Virus record (IMG/VR): IMGVR_UViG_3300038463_000730
Span: 124,001-188,000 of that record
DNA: 64,000 nucleotides
Reading direction: 5' to 3' (one strand)
A program made the translations under genes and the position numbers. The notes beneath the pieces were generated by a model that saw only the letters and a list, made by a program, of their open reading frames with translations, had not been told where the DNA came from and made no database searches. This document shows, piece by piece, positions 38,126-46,346 of this stretch (its first letter is position 1; each line of letters starts with the position of its first letter).

Positions 38126-39718
38126 TTATCGTTCCTTGGTGAAAATGATTTCGTGTTTATGTCCCAATACTTCCTGCACCTCGCCATCAACAATCATGTG
38201 TTCATGGCCTGCCGAACTTCCGGTCACCTGGTTTATCTCTCCAGGATGCGTGCATTTCTTGCTAACGACAACAGTATGACTGTGTGGCAACAAACCAGGT
38301 ACCTGAGCCACCGACGTACGCAAATTGGTTGGCATTGGTGAAGCGTTACTGAAGACCCTTACATGATAAATCGGATCCGTCTTACGAACACGTTGGATCT
38401 TGAACTTCTGTCCGCCCATCATGCTCTGAAGTAAACGATTACGAGTGACAGACAGTACTTCGTACCGATACTCTTCAATACCGTTCTGATCGTATCGAAC
38501 AATCATGTCGCGATCTTTGATCGTCGGAACAGTCAAGCTCCAGCAATCAAAATTGCTTTGCGACTCCAATCCGGCATCACCCATTTTCAAGTCATCCTCG
38601 ACCGGTCCGAAACGTACCATGATTCGACGGTCTGCTCGACGTGGATTGAAGTACTGTTTCCAACCGATAACAAAGCCTGTTCCAAAACACTTTAGGCACC
38701 GGTCATCCGGATACTCACTCGATGGCAAGTAACAACTACAGATCACGCCTGTACGTTGACGATTGAGCAACACGATCGGTTCGCCCGTTACACTTAGCAA
38801 TATCTCTTGACGTTGTTCATTCTGTTCTTGCAAGGACAATCCCCTAACAACCATGCCTACTCCTGTAGACGGGTCTGCGTAATACTCTTCTCCACCGATA
38901 TAGCTACCTACGTTTCCACCTGTTAGCAATGTCAACGGATCCGTACGGTGCCATCCGGCAAAGTCGTACGACTGGAAACCAACATTCGATTCATCACTCG
39001 TTGCCAAATCAACGGTCAGAATGTCTTTGCGACGCTCCTTGTAACCATCGCGTGGATTGTAAGCGTAGTGGTCAATGTCGAACCGACACTGGGCCTCATA
39101 CGTATGACCGTTAAACTCTTCTGTTCCGACATACAACACTACGAATGGGTCCTGGTATCCATCACTACAATACCCATCGATGTTGTGAAAACTCTGAGGT
39201 GAATTGAGATAGCCACGGTAAGTAACGTTCGGTAGCGTAACGGAGTTGGCCGTTCGAGCATTGAATCGAATGATTTCGCCAAATAGATATCCTCCGACTC
39301 GTAGCATGCCGCTGGTTGGAAAGATGACCGAATCGATCAGCGGAATAGTCAGATCGTTGGCGCCGATATTGCGTAGTAGCAACGATATTGGCATCATGTA
39401 CAAATCTTTTGATGCCGATGGTAGTGAGCTTAGGTCCGTGATCGTAGGATCATACTCAACCGCATGCACGCCGAAGTGATAGATCTGACCTGGACGCAAG
39501 AACGGGATATCGATCTTCGTAATCAAAGACGTCGTGATGTACTTAGGGCCTTCGGCCCAGACGTGATCTTTGTTCTCAGCGTAATAGATGAGGTAAGCAA
39601 CTGAGTTGGAGGCCGTGTTAGGAAATGCCCGTGACCAATACACAGTAATGCTATAGCCATCGTTATTTGCGATAGCCTGATAGCAGCCATTGTAGATCGG
39701 GTTCATGTAATAGGGCAT
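38126..39718 (-). CDS. Neck / head-closure protein with FN3-like N-terminus, Cys cluster and His-rich tail
   Basis: LRPGQIYHFGVHAV (FN3-like); CSC...CLKCFGTGFVIGW; TIKDRDMIV...RYEVLSV; C-terminal HSH/HEH/HKH repeats. Confidence 0.65.
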   Translation of the reverse strand: MPYYMNPIYNGCYQAIANNDGYSITVYWSRAFPNTASNSVAYLIYYAENKDHVWAEGPKYITTSLITKIDIPFLRPGQIYHFGVHAVEYDPTITDLSSLPSASKDLYMMPISLLLRNIGANDLTIPLIDSVIFPTSGMLRVGGYLFGEIIRFNARTANSVTLPNVTYRGYLNSPQSFHNIDGYCSDGYQDPFVVLYVGTEEFNGHTYEAQCRFDIDHYAYNPRDGYKERRKDILTVDLATSDESNVGFQSYDFAGWHRTDPLTLLTGGNVGSYIGGEEYYADPSTGVGMVVRGLSLQEQNEQRQEILLSVTGEPIVLLNRQRTGVICSCYLPSSEYPDDRCLKCFGTGFVIGWKQYFNPRRADRRIMVRFGPVEDDLKMGDAGLESQSNFDCWSLTVPTIKDRDMIVRYDQNGIEEYRYEVLSVTRNRLLQSMMGGQKFKIQRVRKTDPIYHVRVFSNASPMPTNLRTSVAQVPGLLPHSHTVVVSKKCTHPGEINQVTGSSAGHEHMIVDGEVQEVLGHKHEIIFTKER

Positions 39719-39720
39719 CG

Positions 39721-40269
39721 TTACTCCGTTGATTCAACTTTTTCGGTAAGTTCCTCTTTCTTTTCCTTCTTCTCGTTTCCTTTTAGGTCATGATAACTCA
39801 GCATATCATCCACATATTCATCTGACTCTTTGTCACCAAACGTTTCAGCAATCCACTCGATTTGGTTCTGGAAGCCTTCTACTTCATACTCATTATCTAG
39901 GTACGAACCGTCATCCGCGCCCTTGGTAGGCTGAGTTCCGGTTGTTTGCTGGAGGTAGTGTGTAATCTCGTGAACGCCGTAGCCAAAGTCACGATAGAAG
40001 TCACCATCACAAAGTAGCCGGTAGTTGAAAAAGATGATTCCGTGCTCGGTTCGGGCCGAAACATCGATATCATCGAACGCCATCGGGATTGTCGCGATCT
40101 CATCGATCGGTACATCGTAGTCTTCAAAGACCTGAAGCATGACTTTATCAGTCTTCAGATACTCACGAAGCCTTCCGATAATCTTGTTCAACAGAACTGG
40201 AGAAAACTTCTTGACCTCTTCGAGACCGTATTTTTGCTTGTGTTCGGTCGGAGGATTTGTTTCCGGCAT
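39721..40269 (-). CDS. Putative zinc metallopeptidase (HExxH)
   Basis: GVHEITHYLQQ followed by YLDNEYEVEGF (candidate third-ligand Glu). Confidence 0.65.
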   Translation of the reverse strand: MPETNPPTEHKQKYGLEEVKKFSPVLLNKIIGRLREYLKTDKVMLQVFEDYDVPIDEIATIPMAFDDIDVSARTEHGIIFFNYRLLCDGDFYRDFGYGVHEITHYLQQTTGTQPTKGADDGSYLDNEYEVEGFQNQIEWIAETFGDKESDEYVDDMLSYHDLKGNEKKEKKEELTEKVESTE

Positions 40270-41228
40270 TAGAAATACCTTCTTGCTCTTAGGTGCCGTA
40301 GGCGCATAATGTTAGGATTGGTTGTGCTGATCGTGAGTGTACCGAGTCCCTTCGGGGCTGGACGAAACTGCTGCTTGATATATTTCAGTTGTTCAAAATA
40401 CTGAGCAAACTGTGTATTGTACTGTGAGCTAAGCATCTCCGCGACCGTTGGTGGCGTGAATGACAATCCGTTGTCCGTGATCTGGAATTCACGACCCTTC
40501 TCAAGCAATGCCTGAGCAGCCAACGCATACAAGCGGGCTCCCTTGACCAAGATGGTCAAGAACTGGTCAACGAACGGTGAATCCTCGAATGTGAACATGG
40601 TGAAAAACGGCGTCTCGTTGAAATCGCTTAGTGAAAGAGCACAGTACGTAACAAGCTGGTCCACCGTGAAAATATCACCGTCAACCCAACGCTCTTCGCC
40701 GTACTTATCGCGCATCTTGATTTTACCCTGACTCTTCAAGCTCGCGCGTAGGCCTTTGATAATTTTGTCAATGTTGAAGATTGCGGTCTGGGTATAGTTG
40801 AATCCAACGTCATCTCCAAGGTGAGCCCGCTCATCCGTCGTGATTGACTGAAGCTGAGTGTTTGCCACGACGAAGTTAAAAGCGCCTTGAATCGGGAAAC
40901 CGTTGACGAGCCCGGTCCACTGATCTGTGTAAACACCAATCGGGCCGTTGATATCGACGGTGTAGTCAAACCCGTAGACACCTGGTTCGACATGGTAAAC
41001 GCCGTGGCTACTCTTGCCTTTCGTAACTAAACCAGAAGGTTGAGTAATACTTACCATTGGGAATGAATCAAGACGGATCGGTTCCTTCGAACCATCCTTG
41101 AACTCTGCTCGTAATTGAACGGTATCAGTAACTTGTACCGTTTCTGAACGGCGACGCATTTGTGTCATCATGCCTCCTATTAGGCTCGGCTTACGCAGGG
41201 GATATGCTAAAGTTACCGAACGAAACAT
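40269..41228 (-). CDS. Head-tail adaptor / neck protein with N-terminal Ig-like domain
   Basis: Ig-like N-domain (GVYGFDYTV...GVYTDQW) plus helical C-domain (LSLSDFNETP...FQITDNGLSF...YFEQLKYIK). True start may be one of the ATGs near 41170. Confidence 0.6.
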   Translation of the reverse strand: MFRSVTLAYPLRKPSLIGGMMTQMRRRSETVQVTDTVQLRAEFKDGSKEPIRLDSFPMVSITQPSGLVTKGKSSHGVYHVEPGVYGFDYTVDINGPIGVYTDQWTGLVNGFPIQGAFNFVVANTQLQSITTDERAHLGDDVGFNYTQTAIFNIDKIIKGLRASLKSQGKIKMRDKYGEERWVDGDIFTVDQLVTYCALSLSDFNETPFFTMFTFEDSPFVDQFLTILVKGARLYALAAQALLEKGREFQITDNGLSFTPPTVAEMLSSQYNTQFAQYFEQLKYIKQQFRPAPKGLGTLTISTTNPNIMRLRHLRARRYF

Positions 41229-41535
41229 TCACTACGATTTCAATCAATTCGTTCGTCATAAGATCGGTATCGGGCAACGGCCATTGTGCTATCACGGCAT
41301 AGCTACCAATCGAGCCAGGACCGGTAGGCAATTGGAACATGTACTGATATACGCCAGTTGTAACTAGCTTCATTGTTTGTGGGAAATGAGCTGCCGTGGC
41401 ACCATTTGGTAAGTACACAGCTAGAATCTGTGGAGCCGAGCTTGGCGCGACAAGCAAGCCGTAACCATCCGTCACACCAACCGTGACGGTAGCTGTTTGA
41501 CCTGGACTATATTGTAGGATAGTGTGCATCAACAA
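41191..41535 (-). CDS. Small Ig-like virion protein
   Basis: PGQTATVTV.VTDGYG...GVYQYMFQLP..GSYAVIAQW; resembles the N-domain of the next gene. Confidence 0.65.
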   Translation of the reverse strand: MLMHTILQYSPGQTATVTVGVTDGYGLLVAPSSAPQILAVYLPNGATAAHFPQTMKLVTTGVYQYMFQLPTGPGSIGSYAVIAQWPLPDTDLMTNELIEIVVNVSFGNFSISPA

Positions 41536-41581
41536 AATACGCTAATAAGCATAGTTCCCTGGAATATCCAGGTATATACCT

Positions 41582-42055
41582 ATGAAGAAGGTTCCCGAAT
41601 TTAACACGAGTGCTAGAGCGGTTTCGATCCCGGCTTCTGGCCCGGAGGCATTACCGGTAACGGAGGCCGCGTCGAATGAAGAGACGTTTTGGATAACGAA
41701 TATTTCGAACCGAAATGTTAGTTTGGGTGACCTTAACCTCACAGTAAAAGCTTACATGACGGTCAATTTACTTGATTCTCGGCACTATCATTTGACGTCT
41801 GCGCAGCTTCACAAGTCTGCCAAGAGCGGCTCGATATATGCTAAACGAAACATGATTTTCGTACGGCTTATACCGCCAGAGAAGAACAAGATCCAATCAA
41901 TTTTGACCCAAGAGAACTGGATACCGAGCCGCGCTCGTTCGGCTATCCCGACAATTCAGCCGAACTATGATGAACTGAATTTGTCAGATGAGGCTTTCGC
42001 TGAAGAAGCATCCGAATTAGTTGAGAAAGACCGTAAACCACTTATCTCAAAGTAA
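41582..42055 (+). CDS. Hypothetical protein, 157 aa
   Basis: First of three tandem plus-strand ORFs; preceded by the palindrome GGTATATACC. Confidence 0.7.
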   Translation: MKKVPEFNTSARAVSIPASGPEALPVTEAASNEETFWITNISNRNVSLGDLNLTVKAYMTVNLLDSRHYHLTSAQLHKSAKSGSIYAKRNMIFVRLIPPEKNKIQSILTQENWIPSRARSAIPTIQPNYDELNLSDEAFAEEASELVEKDRKPLISK

Positions 42056-42080
42056 CCCGAAGCTGCGCTCAGGAGAATCG

Positions 42081-42257
42081 ATGTCGAAACCAAAATACTC
42101 AAATGATAAAATTCCAATGTTCATTGACTTTGATGAAATGGGAGAAGAAAAGGTTCAACATATACGTAAAATCTTGAAAAACTATAGTGAACTTAACAAG
42201 CTAATGGATCTCTGTCTAAAGAAAATAGAAGTAAGGGCTGAGGTCAAGAAGAAGTAA
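42081..42257 (+). CDS. Small hypothetical protein, 58 aa
   Basis: AGGAG ribosome-binding site before the ATG at 42081 (ORF track uses an upstream TTG at 42021). Confidence 0.6.
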   Translation: MSKPKYSNDKIPMFIDFDEMGEEKVQHIRKILKNYSELNKLMDLCLKKIEVRAEVKKK

Positions 42258-42283
42258 CGTAAGAAGCAACGAAGAAAGTAACC

Positions 42284-42733
42284 ATGCCAGACTATCCAAG
42301 AAAGCCGCCAGTGCCGGGTCCAGGAGCAATCGTTCCTCAGCCTCGACAGTCACAATCGAATGAGTTCCCAACGCCTGCGGGCCAGGAGTTCGGGCTGCTT
42401 ACTGTCCAGGATGTGAATAACATCTTAGAGGTCAACCAAAAGGCATTGACAATCTACCTAGAAGTAGAGAAGCAGAACGAAGATATCATCGATCACCTTG
42501 AGCGTGAAAGTGAGAAGCTGGATAAACTTGATCTCGTGCTATCTGAGCTACGTGATATCAAGGTTAAACAGAACGAGATTATCAAAACACTATCTGATCA
42601 GGCCGATGCGATCGAAGAGATCCATTCAAAAACAGGCGATTTGGACAAGAATTTTTTCCGTCTAATCATCATCCTTGGTTCGGCCGGGATCGGTACGGTA
42701 ATCACCGTTATTCAAGCGATTCTGCACCACTGA
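42284..42733 (+). CDS. Coiled-coil protein with C-terminal transmembrane helix (possible lysis/holin-type)
   Basis: Heptad-rich middle followed by FFRLIIILGSAGIGTVITVIQAIL. Confidence 0.6.
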   Translation: MPDYPRKPPVPGPGAIVPQPRQSQSNEFPTPAGQEFGLLTVQDVNNILEVNQKALTIYLEVEKQNEDIIDHLERESEKLDKLDLVLSELRDIKVKQNEIIKTLSDQADAIEEIHSKTGDLDKNFFRLIIILGSAGIGTVITVIQAILHH

Positions 42734-42967
42734 GCCTTGCGACTCTTCGAGTCGCTTGGCTATAACTGATCGAGTACTGGGCGGCCACGCATCTGGTTCA
42801 GGTTCGATCCAGTCTAGTTTACGCACGATCAATTCGACCAATGCGTGTTTGCACTGGTCACATAGGCAAAGCTCGGGCTTCTTGGATTCTATTCCAATGA
42901 ACCGTGCTAAACGCACGAGCCCTGTTGCTTCAGCACGGCTAAGTGTCTGGCGTGTAAGCCGGAGCAA
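42662..42967 (-). CDS. Hypothetical CxCxxCxH protein, in frame with and just after the csp stop codon
   Basis: TTG start with weak ribosome-binding site; fills the gap between csp and the plus-strand gene, which it overlaps by 72 nt. Confidence 0.4.
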   Translation of the reverse strand: MLRLTRQTLSRAEATGLVRLARFIGIESKKPELCLCDQCKHALVELIVRKLDWIEPEPDAWPPSTRSVIAKRLEESQGSVVQNRLNNGDYRTDPGRTKDDD

Positions 42968-42985
42968 CTTACTTGCGCTTTGCGG

Positions 42986-43219
42986 TCACTGAAGTGCCTG
43001 AACGTCAGTAGCTTTTGGCTGCCCTTTTTTATTCAACCCGAGGCCAAACGAGACGCGCTGATCTTTCTTGAGCGTCTTGAACCCCTGCGACGTGATATCG
43101 CTGAAATGTACGAATAAATCAGGTTGACCGTTGTCGCGCTGAATGAATCCGTAGCCCTTGCGGGAATCGAACCACACCACTATTCCGTTATATCTTGTAG
43201 GCGTATTTACTGTATTCAT
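42986..43219 (-). CDS. csp: Cold-shock domain protein (CspA family)
   Basis: [15 protein letters not shown] (RNP1), DLFVHFSDI (RNP2), [13 protein letters not shown]. Confidence 0.95.
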   Translation of the reverse strand: MNTVNTPTRYNGIVVWFDSRKGYGFIQRDNGQPDLFVHFSDITSQGFKTLKKDQRVSFGLGLNKKGQPKATDVQALQ

Positions 43220-43809
43220 GCCGCATTCCTCTTGCTCATAAGTTTCAAAAAATCCTCTGGCATCTTGTTATTTTTAGTCAAATTACAAGACCTGCAAGAA
43301 GGACGAACATTATCAAGCGTATGTTCACCGCCTTTTGATAACGGAACATAGTGATCTATGTGCTCGAACGCTCCGCCACAATATACACATTCATTACCGT
43401 ATTTCTCAACAATATCGCTGTGCGTAAAATCATTTACAACAGCTGTTTTTTTTAGCGCCAATCTTTTATTAGAGTACATCCTATATTGATCAGGGTGGTC
43501 CAATTTATATTTTCGGACTCTCTCTTGTATAACAGGTTTGTGCCTTAGATAGTGGTTTCTTTTGATATTGTATAGAAGTTCTTTATTGTTGATCGCATAT
43601 ACCTTGTGTTTCTCGGCAAGAATTTCATAATTGATTTCGTGATAACATTTATCTGACTCAGCTTTATACTCTTTGTATCCTGGCTTCTGCCGATAGCTAT
43701 CCATGTATTGCTTAGTGCAATCACGACATTCAGTTGCCAGACCATCAGGCTTCGACTTATTCTTGTTGAAGTTATCTGATGGATTTTTGCACTTACTACA
43801 TGTCTTCAT
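43216..43809 (-). CDS. HNH endonuclease with N-terminal zinc ribbon
   Basis: CSKC...CRDC; [36 protein letters not shown]. Confidence 0.92.
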   Translation of the reverse strand: MKTCSKCKNPSDNFNKNKSKPDGLATECRDCTKQYMDSYRQKPGYKEYKAESDKCYHEINYEILAEKHKVYAINNKELLYNIKRNHYLRHKPVIQERVRKYKLDHPDQYRMYSNKRLALKKTAVVNDFTHSDIVEKYGNECVYCGGAFEHIDHYVPLSKGGEHTLDNVRPSCRSCNLTKNNKMPEDFLKLMSKRNAA

Positions 43810-44105
43810 TAATCATCAACTTTCTTACCGTCAATCTCCAACACGTCGGTTCTCTTCGAGCTACCGGCAAAAAGCCGGTCCAACATCAAGATACCGAACT
43901 TCTGAATTTCGGCTCGTTCCTGTTCGTTGTCGCATCGAGCGAGTAACCGATCGGTTTGCTCAAGGATTCGACGAACATCCATTTCACAACCACAGTTGCG
44001 TGCAGTTTGAAGCAAAATTGCCCGTGTATCGCCTTCAGCCATAACAGGATGGGAATTTCCATCAAGCCCCTTAACATATTTGACTATTTTGGAGTTTCTT
44101 GCCAT
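43809..44105 (-). CDS. Hypothetical protein, 98 aa
   Basis: Coupled to the HNH gene by TAATG; preceded by CGATATATA. Confidence 0.65.
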   Translation of the reverse strand: MARNSKIVKYVKGLDGNSHPVMAEGDTRAILLQTARNCGCEMDVRRILEQTDRLLARCDNEQERAEIQKFGILMLDRLFAGSSKRTDVLEIDGKKVDD

Positions 44106-44145
44106 TACACTTTATATATCGATGTATTCGTAGTTATTGCAGCAG

Positions 44146-44457
44146 CTAGATGGCGAAAGATTTGTTCTTGAAACTAACCATCGGAACGTCGATTCCTTCG
44201 ACGTTTCGCTTTCCATCAAGTTCGTAGACCAGGATCCGATTATTTGGTGGAATAGTGGCGGGATAGACACCGATGATTCGTAATCTTCCGGCATGAACGA
44301 GTTCATGGTGGTTCGCACAGATAATAGCGAGATTGTAATTATGATTCGTTGTATTCTGTTCGGTACGCTCGATAATATGGTGCAGATGCAAAGCGTTCGG
44401 GTCGGTCATGCCGCAACCATCTATTTCGCAGCGGTTTTTGATCAATCGGGTCTTCAT
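44146..44457 (-). CDS. Small HNH-fold protein
   Basis: CEIDGC...LHLHHIIER...NLAIICANHHELVH. Confidence 0.8.
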   Translation of the reverse strand: MKTRLIKNRCEIDGCGMTDPNALHLHHIIERTEQNTTNHNYNLAIICANHHELVHAGRLRIIGVYPATIPPNNRILVYELDGKRNVEGIDVPMVSFKNKSFAI

Positions 44458-44500
44458 AACCGTCCATATAACGTCTGCCGAACGAAGTTACGTTAGCGCC

Positions 44501-44839
44501 TTACTGTTGAGCCCAGGCCTGCCAAGAAACGACGATCGACCCTGCCGATTGCAATCGAAGCCACACGAGCGGCGCAATCCGATTGTTGAACATCATATTC
44601 ACCGTCGTATCAGCCGAGTTTGTCTGACCATGTACCGTCACACCATCGAACGAGTATTCGACAATGCCAGAACCAAGATTGACGACCTGGAAGCCAGCCG
44701 TAGAAAATGGAATAACCAAGTCAGGCCCGTAACCATCCGGGGCTCCGCCACCGAACGTCGTCCAGGTAACAGTTGTCTTAGAGAAATAGTCTCTCTTAGG
44801 TCCATGTGTTTTTTGTGCAGGATAAATTACGAATCCCAT
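44501..44839 (-). CDS. Small beta-rich virion protein (contains DGYG)
   Basis: GGAG ribosome-binding site; VVNLGSGIVEYSFDGVTVHG. Confidence 0.7.
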   Translation of the reverse strand: MGFVIYPAQKTHGPKRDYFSKTTVTWTTFGGGAPDGYGPDLVIPFSTAGFQVVNLGSGIVEYSFDGVTVHGQTNSADTTVNMMFNNRIAPLVWLRLQSAGSIVVSWQAWAQQ

Positions 44840-44866
44840 GTTGTCTCCAAGTAATATGCTGCGAAA

Positions 44867-45364
44867 TTAGCTTAAGCGTCTAAAGTCTTTGCCTTCGCTA
44901 CATATAGTAAATAAATCGGGCGGCATGACATCAGCCGGATCGAGCCCATCGAATTCCGGTATTTTGTTTTGTGAATCTAACTCGATAATAAACTCAGAAC
45001 AAACCTCGGCAGACTTCGAATAGAATGGGTTATTGATTCCCATTTTCAATTTTCTACCAAGCAGAACTGGAATGTACCCGAATAGAGTAAGGACATCATA
45101 TCCTTGTCCTACGCGCTTTTCAGCCAACGCGACCTCATCACCAAGATCCGGAATGATCTCGAACTCCGCAACCATCGTGTGTGGAGCAACAAGCAACGCC
45201 TCTCTCGGGACGATCGCTACTCCTCCCCAAGCTGCATGTAGAAAGGATGGTGCGCCGTTGTACGTAATACCAATAGCAGAGTGTGCGATCGGGCTACCCT
45301 CGACCCACTGTATCATCCTGGAGAACATGTTTGTTGACGTGAATAAAGCTATTGTAACCATCAA
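44867..45364 (-). CDS. Permuted papain-like NlpC/P60 (YiiX/YaeF-type) enzyme
   Basis: His before Cys: SPIAHSAIG...VGQGYD...EVCSEFI...VMPPDL. Confidence 0.75.
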   Translation of the reverse strand: MMVTIALFTSTNMFSRMIQWVEGSPIAHSAIGITYNGAPSFLHAAWGGVAIVPREALLVAPHTMVAEFEIIPDLGDEVALAEKRVGQGYDVLTLFGYIPVLLGRKLKMGINNPFYSKSAEVCSEFIIELDSQNKIPEFDGLDPADVMPPDLFTICSEGKDFRRLS

Positions 45365-45371
45365 GACCTCT

Positions 45372-46346
45372 TTACATTCCTACCGTTATTTGTCTCGATA
45401 GAGTTAGTGCCCACACCAATTGCAAACCATTATGGCCTGAATTGTTCACTTGAACCTGGTGTACCCACTGTGGAAGTACTTTTTTTGGTAAGATAGCTGG
45501 AACGGACAAATCCATGTAGTTCGAGCCTAACAATGGATATTGAATAATGAAGTCTGCTAATGTTATCCGCATTGCGTATAGATTGTATGCGCCAGTTCCG
45601 GTAAGATTAGGCGTAATCGTTCCGACGCTAAGATTGTTGGCAGCCGGTGTCCAATTCCAATACCCTGTATTAGTAGGGCTCGGAACCGGCACAGCCGTTG
45701 CCATATTTACTTCGTAATTGGTATTTGCGCCTGGCACGATCACAACACCGCTAACCAGGTTAACATTGCCATATCCATCAGAGCCCGTGACAGCTGTTGC
45801 CGGAGCATACACCGAGTAACTTACCGTATCACCGAGAACAGCCCCATTGTATGTCATGTGGCCACCTGACAAATAGATCCAGTCATTGAACCCGAATGTC
45901 ACAGTATGTAATGTAGGACCGTATCCATCGTCATCACTGTGGTGTTGGAATAGCATTCCTCCACCAATTCCGTATTCCGGATCATCAGCTGCGCCAGCAA
46001 AACACAATTGCATCGTGTCTGGGAATAGGTTTGGAAGATTGCTTTGTCTGCCATCTGAAGTTTTTGGTTGAATTGCGGCATTACCATTTGCCTGGTATAC
46101 CGCTTCAAAATCAGCCGTATCGGCATCATTCTGTTCCTGCGTGTATCCGCCATCAATGATATCTTGTGGAACGGGTATCTGCCATAGTTGGCAAATATTC
46201 ACTTCTGGTCCATCATAGAACCATATTTGAGTAATTTGACCTTGTGAGTTGTCCCATTGCGGAATTCCGCCCTTCAGGATAAGGGCCGCTTTCCATGCTT
46301 GATATGCGTAATAACGCTGAGCCATAGTTTGAGGGAAAATAACCAT
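45372..46346 (-). CDS. Virion structural protein (two DGYG motifs)
   Basis: TAATG coupling with the upstream fibre gene places the start at 46346 (ORF track 46367); beta-rich. Confidence 0.7.
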   Translation of the reverse strand: MVIFPQTMAQRYYAYQAWKAALILKGGIPQWDNSQGQITQIWFYDGPEVNICQLWQIPVPQDIIDGGYTQEQNDADTADFEAVYQANGNAAIQPKTSDGRQSNLPNLFPDTMQLCFAGAADDPEYGIGGGMLFQHHSDDDGYGPTLHTVTFGFNDWIYLSGGHMTYNGAVLGDTVSYSVYAPATAVTGSDGYGNVNLVSGVVIVPGANTNYEVNMATAVPVPSPTNTGYWNWTPAANNLSVGTITPNLTGTGAYNLYAMRITLADFIIQYPLLGSNYMDLSVPAILPKKVLPQWVHQVQVNNSGHNGLQLVWALTLSRQITVGM

